A DNA stretch of 37,756 bases. Origin: Octopus bimaculoides. Lineage: Eukaryota. Made by a program: the position numbers and the translations under genes. This document shows, piece by piece, positions 9,685 through 22,040 of this stretch (its first letter is position 1; each line of letters opens with the position of its first letter). Below the pieces are notes generated by a model. It had not been told where the DNA came from and did no database searches. It saw only the letters and a program-made list of their open reading frames with translations. Location: positions 76,389,882-76,427,637 of the forward strand of contig NC_068987.1 in assembly GCF_001194135.2 (NCBI RefSeq), written 5' to 3'.

Positions 9685-10213
9685 TCCAAAATGCAATCAA
9701 GGAACTCTTTAAGTTCCGGAATTACCCCGACAGTGAAGGGCATATGTCTTCTGCCAAAATACTGAAACAACGTCGTTGATAGAAGAAGGATGTAAACAAA
9801 ACGAAAATGCAAAAAAAAAAAAAAAATCGGAAAGAAAACGAGCTAAAGATTTGAGGCAAGACACAAAAAGAAGCCAATGAGAACGAAGAAGTAATTAGTT
9901 TAGCAAAAAAGGCAGGAGGAATTTCATATGAAACTTGCTCAGAAAGTTAAGGAGATAAATAACTAAAACTCTGAAAGGGAAGAATTAAAAAAAAAAGCAA
10001 AAAAAAAAAAAACACGGGCGGAGGGAAAGAGACATGGCAAAGAATAGAATGGAGGACATTGCTAAACAACAAGGTAACGAAAATTTATTGGCAATAGGCG
10101 TCTAGCGAGAAATCCTCAGAAAATGAAGGAAATATAAAAGGGAGAAAATAAAATTTATAAATTGATTGACAAATAGATAGATCGATTGATCGTTGGACAA
10201 GTATGCCTACGAC

Positions 10214-10236
10214 AGAAGATAGATAGATAGACAGGC

Positions 10237-10306
<70 letters not shown>

Positions 10307-10457
10307 GATAGATAGATAGATAAGATAGATAGATAGATAAGATAGATAGATAGATAGATAGATAGATAAGATAGATAGATGGATAGATAGATAAGATAGA
10401 TAGATAGATAGATAGATAGATAAGATAGATAGATAAGATAGATAGATAGATAGATAA
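10214..10457. repeat. (GATA)n microsatellite with recurring GATAA variant units
   Basis: Directly visible. Confidence 0.97.
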
Positions 10458-10519
10458 ATAGCCTAAATGAGATTTAACGGTGTCAATGAAATTATCAAAT
10501 AGGTTTAAAGAATTTTAAA

Positions 10520-11520
10520 AAATCAGCGAATAGAGGGGTAGAACCATAGAAATGTATAGATATAAAAGTAGATAACTAAACACACGCATACATACATACG
10601 GGCGCACATGTATGTATAGAGAGAGAGAAATAAAGAGTAAATGAGAAAGAGAAAGATTATAAGAATGAGAATACAAAGAACACTTATCGCTGAGAAAAGA
10701 AATTAAAGTGGAGAAAGAAGGAGAAGAAATAAGTGTAGAGAGGAAAAGAAGAAAGTTTAAAAGAAGAGAGAGAATGGAACCAAAAAGAAGTAAGAAAGAC
10801 AGAGAGAGAGGGTGGTGACACAGAATAGAACAAGAATGTATGGAAGATGAATGAAAGTCGCCAGCAGGAGTAGCAACAAGTGAAAGAAAGGGGGTAGGAG
10901 AAGGAAGAAATAGACAGAAAGAGTAGGAGCTAGAGGAGAACTTATGTAGTAATGAGGAGAAGGGAATAATAAATAAGAGAGTGAAAGAGGGGTAGATAGC
11001 CAAGGAAGAGAGAGTAAATGACGTGTTGAAAGAGAGCTAAATAAGTTGAAAGAGAGAGAAGTGAGTGAGAGAGATATAGAGAGAGGAGTGAAAAACTTGA
11101 AAAGTGAATGAAATAGAATTGTGTGAGGGTGGAGTAATAAGAAAAAGGAAAAAAAGAGGTAGTTAGAGTGAGTAAAAGAAACGAGTAATGACAGTGTGGA
11201 AGTAAGAGGGAGAAAAGGAGGAATAAAGGTACAGTATAAAAAAGCGGGAGTAGAGAAAGAGGAGGAGGAAGAGTGCATGGTTAAAAATAAGAGGGGGGGA
11301 TGATGTCGGTGAGAGAAGAAAGGAAAAAAATATTAGAAAAGTAAACAAGGACAGAGTAAAAGAGGAGGAAGAGGAAGAGTAAAAGAAAACTAATAAAGGA
11401 GGAGCAGGGAGAAAGTTAACAGGAAGTAGTGTGAACCTGTGAGGTTGCGGAGTGGAGGTGAATGAATGAAATAAAGACGACGAAGGAGGAGGAGGAGGAG
11501 GAGAATAAGTAAGAAGAAAG
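10520..11520. repeat. About 1 kb purine-skewed (GA-rich) low-complexity tract
   Basis: Plus strand is overwhelmingly A/G; generates the F/L/S-rich minus-strand ORFs. Confidence 0.9.
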
Positions 11521-11699
11521 ATAAAACTTTACTTGGTTCAGAAAAAGTTTTCAGAAGTTAGTTGCCCGTAAGCTTCCCTGCACGTCAGCCAGGAGACGTA
11601 ATTCGTCTGTGAGAGAGGATTTTTTTTTTTATAATTTTATCTCCCTCTCTCTTTTAAAACAAAACAAATATATATATATATATATACTAAAAAGTACAA

Positions 11700-12212
11700 G
11701 ATTGTGCGGGTGGGTGCCAGGAAGTCAGTGAAGTCAAGTCATCCAGCCAAACATGTTGGGACGGCTACCACTGCCGTCTGGACTTGTCACGACGAATATC
11801 GCTCTTATCAGCTCACACCACCACGACACTTATTGCCACCATCTCAACCACCACTACTGCCTCTTCTAAAACTTACTCGGGGTACTTAAAACCAGCACAC
11901 ACATATATAAAAAAATACAAGTCTTGTATTCACTCTACTTGTACGCATCGTTGTGGGCTTTTTTTTTTACTCTACACACAAGACATACTTTGTAAATTTA
12001 CCTTTCTGTGTCTTACCTATCTTATTTGCCAAATTGGAGTTCCATTTTTATGTGCATTTATAGTTGAATCAAAACCTATTCATAAAAATAACTACTTGAT
12101 TTACTGGATCCACCTACTAAACCTTGTGCGTTGGCGTGGTCTGAGAATTATTATTATTTTTTGCGATCACTTTCACATATTTTACCACAATATGTTATTT
12201 GAAAAGGTACGT
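11700..12212 (+). promoter_or_regulatory. Candidate promoter / 5' UTR exon
   Basis: Unique sequence with CAGGAAGT (ETS-like), TCAGT (Inr-like, about 11726), repeated AAGTCA, and donor AAG|GTACGT at 12206/12207; minus-strand donors also occur (11532, 11876), so the strand is uncertain. Confidence 0.3.
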
Positions 12213-14161
12213 AACATTTTCCCTTTCATTTAATCTTTTTTGTCTTCCACACATATATATATATATATATATATAGACACATACACGCATGTGGGAGTGA
12301 GCAGATTTAAGCAATGTTGTTTAACCCGATGTCAATACAGACTCTATCAAAGGCTTTCAAATATGATCATGTCTTATTTTTGTATTTTATTTAAAAGAAA
12401 TTTTTTCAGGGTTATATAAAAAACATTATCCAGTCCCTTTTCTTTTTCAAGACGCTATGGTGCAATCTGATGGCTAATTTGGTTATTTCTTTAGCATTTC
12501 GATCGACCACTAAAGAGGTTCCCTCGTTAACTTGGCTGTTTTATTAATGGCGTGGCATATATACTTACAAATATTCTTACTTCAGCAAGTATTTCTAAAA
12601 TTAAAATTTCCGAGATTATTTGAAACTATTGAAAGTTCAATTTACGAGTTAGAAAAATTGGTAAACTTTATTTGTGAGCAAAGCATACTTGTTACAGCTT
12701 GTTCCTTATAAACTGTAGACGTGATAATGAGGAAGTTTCTATTTGGTCGTTCGACTTACTAGACATAACAGCAAAAATTTTATTCAAATTGATCCTTAAT
12801 ATCCTAATTCATTTGGCGAGACGAGTGTGAATGTGATCGCATGACCAACAACAATAGAAATAGCAGCCAGATCTCTCACAAAACTCGCGCTAGCGTCATA
12901 GAAAGAACAACATTCTGATTCAGTGTTCCTATGAAAAATACGTGATGGTCACCGCTGGGATGATAACTTTTGTTTTTTGTTCTGTCATTCATATCTAAGA
13001 TATGTTCTAAGGATATAAATCATCGCATTTTTATCGGCTCTTGAAAGCATACAAAGTTGAATTGAGCAGGAATTGAACTCGAGAATAGAATGGACCATCG
13101 CAACACATTTTGTCCTACGTTCTAATATTTCTGCCTATCCACTATTGTTGACGATCGGGACTGAACAACCGGGGGTATTCTATAGAAATTAATTTTAATA
13201 CTTATTTAAATCATTATCATATTGGGTATTCATTTGAAAGAACAGCTAATAGAATCCTGCTAGTTGCCTACGGTTTTAATTGTGAATTAAGTCTGTTACT
13301 TTGTACAATTGATAAAAATAAGCTGCCAGTAATATTGTATTAACCCATTCAACTGACAAGAATTATCTATCACCCATCTATCACGAATACTTTATGAAAG
13401 CAAAATGGCCAAATGGGAGTTAGGAAGGGAATATAATCAGATTATTGGCAGGAGTTCAAATTCCTCATGTGTTTTGAGCAAGATACTTGAAATTCCACGC
13501 CTCCGTACTTTTAAGATTACCTCAATCTTAAATGTGATGAACTGGCGTACTGTCCAGGAATAAGGAAATTCATTTCTCATCCATTTAGAGTTAAGAATAT
13601 TGGCCTTTCATGGTAAGTTCTTCGGAGTTTAGATAATATTTTGTCTTATATTTTCCCTCCATGAATATTGACTTTTGTCTCCAAATGATCAATATTCAAT
13701 AAAATTGCTAGTTAAGGCACAAAGTTGTTCATTAAAGTTTTAAGCGATGGTGATGAATCTTAGTTGTGTGAACACTTTCTTTAGCCATAAACTCTTTGCG
13801 TATTGTGTTTATGACCTGATTTCCATTTGCAGTTTTATTATATTTTACTGAATTGAAAACTTGGAAGTTTATAAAAGACGAAAAAATTCAGTCTATGAGG
13901 TAGCAAGCGAATTTCACTGGTTTGCGATTGCGACACACACACACACACACACACACACCATTTCAAAGTGAAAAAAAATTCAATCAAAATTAAGATATAA
14001 AATTAAAGAAAAAACAACTTTACATTGAAAATAAAATAATATTTAATAAATTGCAAAGTATATCTTTGGTAATAAAATAACAAACAAGTCAACCATTACA
14101 GTGTGTTAAGATTTAATCACTGTGAATCTCTGTTGCTATTTATTGTAAATATAACTTGACG

Positions 14162-14203
14162 TAATAATAATAATAATAATAATAATAATGATAATAATAA
14201 TAA

Positions 14204-14234
<31 letters not shown>

Positions 14235-14247
14235 TATTATTATTATT
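14162..14247. repeat. (AAT)n directly followed by (ATT)n, quasi-palindromic
   Basis: Directly visible. Confidence 0.95.
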
Positions 14248-15772
14248 GCTGACTTCTTTGAAGTTGGTTTAAACTCCAATTTGACTTGAGTTCAAGCCAG
14301 TTCGGTTTCGATTCCCGCTTAAGGATCCGTTTCACTTACATGGTAAATTTATCTATTAGCTCTCGCGGAAAGGCATATGGACGTTACAAAATTTTTTTTC
14401 TAAGCTTATAAAAGCAAAAATAATCAGACTTTACGCCCACGTAAGATACTTTTATCGTTTTTCCTTTCATCTCTTTCTGCTTGATATGTATACCAGCTGG
14501 ATCTCTCGTAGTAGAATAGCCCGAGTTTCAATTATCAGAAATGCAAAGTCACAACACAGTGTCGATTTGTTTGTCAGTCACTTAGTCATTCTTATAGAAA
14601 AAGACCCTCACCATAAGCTGTATTGTTTATCTCTGTATCAGACTTTGTATACCTGGAATTATATTCTCTAGTGACTCTTTGTATTTTCTTTTTTTTAGTT
14701 TTGTAAACGATGGAGCGTCTAAGTTTTAGAAGATTTAGCTGTCATGTCATGTCTGAAGTTTCGAATTAGCTGCGAAATGATTTAAGATTACGGAAATGGA
14801 GGGATAAAGATCGTGTATAGAACACAAATTCGCAAAAATTTTCTGAGAAGTCCCCCCTCCGCCGCCAAAAAAAAAAGTTATGAGGGCTTATTATGAAGTT
14901 CATAAACCAGTCCCATCACAAAAAGATTTGCTTTTGGAAAAGAAGAAGAAATTAGAATTGTAATATCCGTTGAATGAATCAGTTATATACAAGAAAAAAA
15001 AATTGTGTTGTATTGGACATCAATTCAGTAATACCGCGCTATTTCTAGCACTAAAGAGCCATTATAGAGGCGTCTTCGAAAGTATATGGAAACTTTTTGG
15101 CATTCTTTCGCTTTGTGAACATATAATGGCGGACAGAAAAGAAACCCATGTAATCGTAATCGCCAATATTATATATATTGATTTTTTTTTTCCCTGTTAA
15201 AACAGTTCATGTTTATATATTGAAGAAGCGCTGCAACCTGATGGGGGCCAGAAGCGCCTGTAAAGGATATGTTTACTGCATAATTGTTGATCAACATCTC
15301 AATGGAATTTCGGGGTACATAAAAGTAATCAGTCGATGAAATCGACTTGACGACCATCCATAAAAATTTCAGGCCTTATACCTATAGTATAGAGGATATT
15401 TAATTTACTATTTTGTTTCAGCTTATGGATTAATTCACACAGTTCAGCGGTGTGCTGTAATCAGACATTTAGTTTTGTTCACTTTTGCGCACAAGTTTCT
15501 TTAAATTTTATTTTACAGCCGAATATTAAAGCGATTTCTTGTTCACTTAACATTCATTTCATTGTACATGTCCACCATTTATATCCATAAAACGAAATAT
15601 CTCAAAAATGAAATAACAATAATATAACCTTTTTTTTTTAAGTTCAACTTTCTTCAGATGTATAAAGTAGGTTAGGTGACATTCATTCTTACAACGCGAT
15701 TTCCGGTTTGAAGAAATTGTTAAGTCGTGTGTGATACGAGACGGTAAAATAACCTTTTATATTATAGTTACA

Positions 15773-15920
15773 AGGCCTGAACTTTTGAGGGAGGGCCCTT
15801 GTCGATTATATCGACCACACGAAAAGATGAAAGGCAAAGTCGATTTCGACGGAAATTGCACTCAAAGCCTAATAACGAACGAAATGCCGCTAAGCATTTT
15901 GTCTGCCGTGCTGACGATTC
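15773..15920 (-). mobile_element. SINE family B (CORE-type), internally deleted and 5'-clipped
   Basis: Aligns with the adjacent copies. Confidence 0.85.
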
Positions 15921-16150
15921 TTATTTCTTTATTGCCCACAAAGGGCTAAACATAGAGGGGACAAACAAGGACAGTCAAAGGTATTAAGTCGATTACATCG
16001 ACCCCAGTGTGTAACTGGTACTTAATTTATCGACCCCGAAAGGATGAAAGGCAAAGTCGACCTCGGCGGAATTTGAACTCAGAACATAACGGCAGACGAA
16101 ATGCCGCTAAGCATTTTGTCTGGAGTGCTAACGATTCTGCCAGCTCGCCG
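15921..16150 (-). mobile_element. SINE family B (CORE-type), well preserved, alternative tail
   Basis: Minus strand GCGGCGAGCTGGCAGAATCGTTAGC...GAGTTCAAATTCC...GCCTTTCATCCTTTCGGGGTCGATAAATTAAGTACC. Confidence 0.9.
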
Positions 16151-16164
16151 CAACTATAAGCAAG

Positions 16165-16380
16165 AATATTAATGATTTCAGATTCTGTCATAAGGTCAGC
16201 AATTTCAGAGAAATGGGTTAGTCGATTACATCGACCTCAGGGTTCAACTGGTACTTATTTTATCGACCCTGAAAGGATGAAAGTCAAAGTAGATCTCGGC
16301 GGAATTTGAACTCAGAACGTGGAGACAGACGAAATGCTACTAAGCATTTTGTCTGGCATGCTAACAATTTTGTCAGCTAC
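16165..16380 (-). mobile_element. SINE family B (CORE-type)
   Basis: Collinear with 15921-16150 in head and core; different tail. Confidence 0.88.
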
Positions 16381-17176
16381 TATATGAACAAGGAAATTTG
16401 GGGGAAGAGAAATAATTTCTTTTAATTGCCACCAGGGTAATAACAATGATAATAATAATGGTGACGATGTGATTTACATACTAAAGTTGATATGGGAATT
16501 AGGCATTAAGACGTTGATGATGGTGTTTTGCTATTATGAAGGTAGTTGTGAAAACGATGGTCAAATAGCGAAGCGAATATAAAACCAGACCAGTTTAGTA
16601 TGGTATTATGAAAAATTTGAATATAACGTAGAAAAAATGTAATTAACCTAGGATATTAGCCATAAAGCTTTTCTATCTATTTTACAACCCTCTAAGTGAT
16701 AATTAGATAGGACATTTGCACCATAGAAAAATGGTTTTGGAACCAAATCAAGTTCGGAAATGTGAAAATTTCTCAAACCATTTGTTTTAAGATATAGGCG
16801 TAACTACAAATTGGTACCTCACACACACTTGTTTCTTCATAACGTTTTGAAAAATGCATATTTTAAAAAAAAAATTGTAAAGAAGACAGGTTTTTGAAGG
16901 CATAGTTTAAGAATTTTTTTTCACCAATTTCTGTAATTTCAGTTTGTTTTTTTTTTTGTTCATAGTCATTCTTCAAATTTTTGTTTGAGTCCCTCAACAT
17001 ACATAATCTACATTCTCAAAAATGTGTTTCTGTGATCTCATTCAAAAATATGTATTTTACAGAAAGTTATGTAGATGTCGGGAAGGTGAATCTGAAACTA
17101 TTATGGAGGAGGTTTAGGACATGGGCAGCATACACTTTCGGTTATTTTATATATACACATACCCGCAAGCATAACT

Positions 17177-17208
<32 letters not shown>

Positions 17209-18693
17209 GATATTGATTCACCTTCTAAATGTTATCAACATAATAGTAAGGTACACCTCGAAAAAGGCATTTGCTAAATTTCATAAAAAAAGCCCTGCAA
17301 TTTTCAGAAAGTTATGAGGAAACAAAAACTGGACACCAATGTGATACGGGTATGTTCTACATAAATACTCGATCGCACACGCATAGTTATGTGGTGAAGG
17401 AATTTGCAGTCGTGCTACACTTCGTGTAAACTGTCTTTTGCTAACACTACACTATAATCACACATAAGTGATACTTTAACATTTATTTTATTTCATTGTA
17501 AATGCAAATATTCCATACACCTTACTTAGACGTGCGAATACATTTTCACACTCGCACAGATTTTTAGAATTACGGTGAGGAAATGCATACAGCAATGCCT
17601 TTTGTTCTCTTGTTTAACCACTGACCAAGCAGACACGATCAAAAAATCGTTCTGACCATAATCATTCCTTCCTGTTTTTCTGCTTTAAACTATCCTCCTA
17701 ATCGGGTGTGAATTGAGATTTAGCGCTGATCCACTTTGCGCTGATCAAAGACATTCCGACTGATTATTTTATCTTATTTTCACACCAATGCATGTGTAGA
17801 AATATATTTATCTTATGTGTCCTTCTCTTTGTAAGACAGTATTGTACGATTTGAGGGAAATTAGACTGTTATATTTAGGAAGTAGAATGATGTAAAAAAA
17901 AAAAAAAAAAAAAAAAAGCTCATTGGTTCGTATACTCATGTTGCTGTGTTCGAGTAAGCCTAATTACCAACGATGTCCCAACCGTAGTTACCATCACTTC
18001 ATTCTATATATTTATGTCCAATATCTCCGCATTTCAAGATGATAATATTTGTTATTGAGGGAGATACGGCTGCTATATTTAGCAGGTGGCGCGAGGGCTG
18101 TCTGTAAAGAGAGAGAATGTTACAAGCAAATGCAAGGGAGTTTTTTTAAAAGTCAGCTTGTTAGCACTAATGGCAGCAGTGTTTATCATTTTGCATCGTA
18201 ACAAAAATAGTTCTGTTTTTGTTAAATTGTCTGTAACTCTCATGAGAGAGAGAGATTCAGCCTGGAGGAGGAAACCACATGCATAGAAGAACTTTTGCAG
18301 TCTTGATATGTATTTTGCTTAAGTATTGTTTTGTGTGGAATGTAGATTCCATTTATCTTTAAGTAAAACTAGTTGCAGGCCTCTTGGTCGAGGGTCATTG
18401 AGTTTTAAACTCGATGATCATTGGCATTCTCACAGTGACCAGAATGTCTTTTATTAAGGAATAAACATATATATTGAGAATTAACTGTTATTTGTAGCTG
18501 GTGGATCGATCGTTTGGACGATTTTCGTTCGCTTGCATTGATTGGCCTGAGCAATACCACATGAATTTTTGTTATATGGAGACCATTGGGTTTAAAGCAT
18601 ACGAACTTACCTAAGTTTTTCTCTCACTCCCTCACATGATTTTCACCATTCATCGGACAAGTTGGCTTTAAATGTTATCTTTATTACGTGCAT

Positions 18694-18900
18694 GGTGGCA
18701 AATAGAATCGTTGGCGCGTGGACAAAATGCTTAGTGACAGTTTTTCTGGCGCTTTACGTTCCGAGTTCAAAGTCCACGGAGGTCGACTTCGTCTTTCATT
18801 CTTTCGAGATAGATAAAATAAGTACCATTTGAGTATTGTGATTGACGTAATTGATTTGCGTCTTTTCCTGAAAATTCCTGACTTTGTACCAAAATTTGAG
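18694..18900 (+). mobile_element. SINE family B (CORE-type), old copy
   Basis: AGAATCGTTGGCGCG...GAGTTCAAAGTCC...CTTTCATTCTTTCGAGATAGATAAAATAAGTACC. Confidence 0.8.
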
Positions 18901-19081
18901 TCTTTTTTATACTTGTATCCTCTTTTTCAAATTGTCTTCATTTTTATTTATGCATTTTTATATTTACCCTTTTATATTCCTTGTGGAATTTCTTTTGGGC
19001 AAACCTTGACCTTAATCTAGTATGGCATTCCTATAAAAAAAAGATATCACGTTTTTTAATAATTAAAAAAAAAAAAATTAC

Positions 19082-19206
19082 CTGTTACACCTTTTTCGAA
19101 TTCGTTTAGACAGAGTCGTAGGTCTCTCGCAGTGTTCAAGAAGCGAGGTCGGGAGAGCAGTAAATTTAGATCTGTGATGATCGGAAAGTACCGGACAAAT
19201 TGTCAT
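19082..19206 (-). CDS. Candidate first coding exon, product unknown (MTICPVLSDHHRSKFTALPTSLLEHCERPTTLSKRIRKRCN + 2 nt)
   Basis: Acceptor TTTGGCAG| at 19240/19239, AAACATG context, 41 open codons, donor CAG|GTAATT at 19082/19081; no recognisable homology, and a second frame is also open. Confidence 0.25.
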
Positions 19207-21884
19207 GTTTAAGATGATTTATAATTCTTTGTTTTAAACCTGCCAAACACCTAAACACAAAGAATAATATGACTGCAATATTGGACGGAGTTTTGAATAG
19301 CTATTACTTACTAACCCGGACTACCACTTGAGGATTGAAAAGCGGGATTGGGAGGCAAAAAGAAAAAAAAAACCCGTATCAAAAAGCAAAAAAACCTTTC
19401 AGAATCGTAATTCCTGATTTATGAAACAGACGATTTATTAGAATAGAAACGAAAAATTCACTCAGTTCTGTGTTCTTCTCTTGCTATTCTAAAACCACCC
19501 AATATTCTATCGTTTCGTTAATGAAAGCGCCTAAAAATTCTCTTAAGCTTATTTTTGTGAAGGCCTGGTATTCTCCAGTTTGAGAACCACTTGACGTTTT
19601 TATTACTTTGATTACACTGTAGGAATTCATTTTACACAACTCCATTGAAAATAGAGTAGTTAATTGCCAATATATTTAACGCAGGGAAGAGTTACTGTCA
19701 AGCTGTATAATGCAGTATGCATTAAAGAACTAACTAGGGAAAATCTGCGTTCACAGTAAAAGCAATGACTTGTTTTGAGACCAATAACGAATACGGGGCG
19801 TGACTCTACATGTTACAGGCTTTTTGAACCTCGTCAACGAAGTATAAACGTCACGAAATTTACTAAATTAGATGAGAGTATTGCTAGGTAAATATACACT
19901 AGTATTAAATACATTTCTAAGCATAGAAAAGTAGAAATTATTCTGAGAATATATTACTTTTGAGAAATCTATCTGCATCTAACAGTTTCATTTCGCCGCA
20001 CCGATCCCGCTTGCTTTCTCGCAAGATCAATCATCTCATTATAATTAGCCAGTCATTGAACACCTTAATTAATTTTATCAGATTTTATAATCTTATATAT
20101 ATTATGTATTGCTATTTTTTTTTTTTAATTTAGATTACTTTTCAGCTAAGATGTGCTTATAAATTATTAAATTTATATGCTAGCGTAGTTCACTTTATAA
20201 GTAAGTGAACCGACCGTGTAAGTTTATAATGAGCGAACCTCTGTGTGCTCGCTCAACTGCTAGAAATCGTAGCTAATTACTAAATTATCCTCTAACAATA
20301 CTTTATTTACTGTAACAGAAAAGGAAAAAAAAAAAAAACTTGAAAAATGTAGACGAAACAGATATGGCTGGAAAATCTAACCCATAAGTTGATTTGACCG
20401 GGTTTTAGCTTAGGAATAAATTATATTGTAGAGTAATTAATTGGTCGCTCGAACTCATCACAACGTTCTTTTTTACCTCCAGTTTCTGATGGAACTTTAA
20501 AAAAATAAAATTGAAGAGCAGACAGACAGAAACGGAATGATTAGAGGGTGGTTTAGTTTGTAACAGGTTGTTGAGCGGTGATTGTATATACTCGCATCTC
20601 TTTTTGTCTGATAAAGGAATGGCAACGACCATTTTCAACTTTGTATTGAAACTAGGGTCATTTTCAATTTTATATTTTTGTTTTGTTTAGATTGCTTACG
20701 CTCCGCGTTCTAATCCCGCTGAGATCAACTTTGCTCCCCCCCCCCCNNNNNNNNNNNNNNNNNNNNNNNNNNNNNGGTTTCGATTAAATAAATTACCAAT
20801 CCAATATTGGTTGAGTTCGATAGTATCTTGACTAACATCATTTAAAGCAAAAAATGCTAGCGTTGTACCTAAATTAGAAACGGTTATTTTGACATATTTC
20901 GTGCAAACTTAGTTGTTTTCATTAACCGGAATGTCTGATACACTTAGAGAAATGTATATGTTGTTGAACACCGAATACTGCGTCATTATCCTTGAAAGAT
21001 CCACATGTGTGACTTTTATGCACCACGCGCCTACATAAGAGGATCTGTTTTGGCTAAAAACTCAGTATACAGTATTCTGTCAAGACATCTATAAGTTGGA
21101 TATAACGATTATCTTTCATTCAATTAATACTACTCCTGTCGCTAATAATTAATTATATATACATATATACACACACACGCGCGCGCGTGTGTGCATGACT
21201 GTTTCAAGATATTTGACACGCTCTTAAGATTATGTGATCTCCGAGCTATGATGTCGTTGGCTCACCAATATGGTGGTTCTGAAAGCGATGTGCGCCGTAA
21301 ATTTGTTTAAATTATAACTTGAGAAACACTCTACCTAATGCCTGAGTATTAAAAAAATATGGTATTCGTAATTTTGTAATTCAAAACTATGATAAACTCT
21401 TAAATGACAGACATCATCAAAGGGAGAGCGAGTATTTTACGACACTTTTCGAAAGATCGTAAATTTATAGATTAAACAATCCGTTTCGATTTCTGTGGGA
21501 AATAACTGCTCCTCATTTTATGTGCGTACTATCAACTAATCTGACAGTCCCCCCCCGGTAACGGAAGCTGGAGGGTGAGGAACCTCGGACTTTTACCATC
21601 TACCTTCGTTTTCGAGGATAAAAATACGTCATTTGGAAGTCAGATTAGTTGATAGCAACACACAACAATCGATGAAGAATTGCTTCTCTCTCTAACTGAG
21701 ATGGGTGTTGTTCTATAAATTCGCCATAAATTTTATTGTGTTAACAAGAGGACTATTACAGGTTCTGTACTTATTTAATGTGAAAATAAGTGTAAAAATT
21801 ATCCTTACACAAATTGTACACAGATATACTTATAACGTGATATAATATAAATCAGTACCATAACGTGAAAAAGCAAAAATAACG

Positions 21885-22040
21885 GTAAATTTTTGGTAAA
21901 TTTTCAGATTAACACCCGCACGATTTTCACTAGGGGGTTAGGGTTTTAGGGTTAAGGTTAGGGTTAGGGACGGAATTCCCACCTTAACACCCTAGTGAAA
22001 ATCGTGCGGGTGTTAATCTGAAAATTTACCAAATTTTTAC
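21885..22040. repeat. Palindromic element with telomeric TTAGGG-like repeats in the loop
   Basis: Arms 21885-21935 and 21990-22040 (51 bp, 2 mismatches; 44 bp perfect); loop begins GGTTAGGGTTTTAGGGTTAAGGTTAGGGTTAGGG. Confidence 0.93.

Noticed and set aside
8886-9761. Phase-compatible two-exon model (9761-9615 Cys-rich plus 9038-8886 with a hydrophobic, GPI-like tail); both acceptors share CAACGACG..TTCAG
   Set aside because: The Cys/Gly-rich half lies inside the decayed hAT MITE (9455-9684), is dominated by GGG codons, has no linked signal-peptide exon and shows no recognisable homology; kept only as a curiosity.
10515-11348. Hydrophobic F/L/S-rich ORFs resembling membrane proteins
   Set aside because: Product of the CT-rich strand of a low-complexity tract; open in several frames.
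15773-16380. CRISPR-like or prokaryotic repeat-spacer array
   Set aside because: The units are ~200-bp SINEs in a eukaryotic context; there are no short regularly spaced repeats or cas genes anywhere in the window.
19282-19290. TGGACGGAG, the 5' end of miR-184
   Set aside because: The match stops after 9 nt and no precursor hairpin is evident.
21931-21969. Chromosome end or telomere fusion
   Set aside because: Only about five degenerate units, on one strand, embedded in a palindrome with ordinary DNA on both sides.
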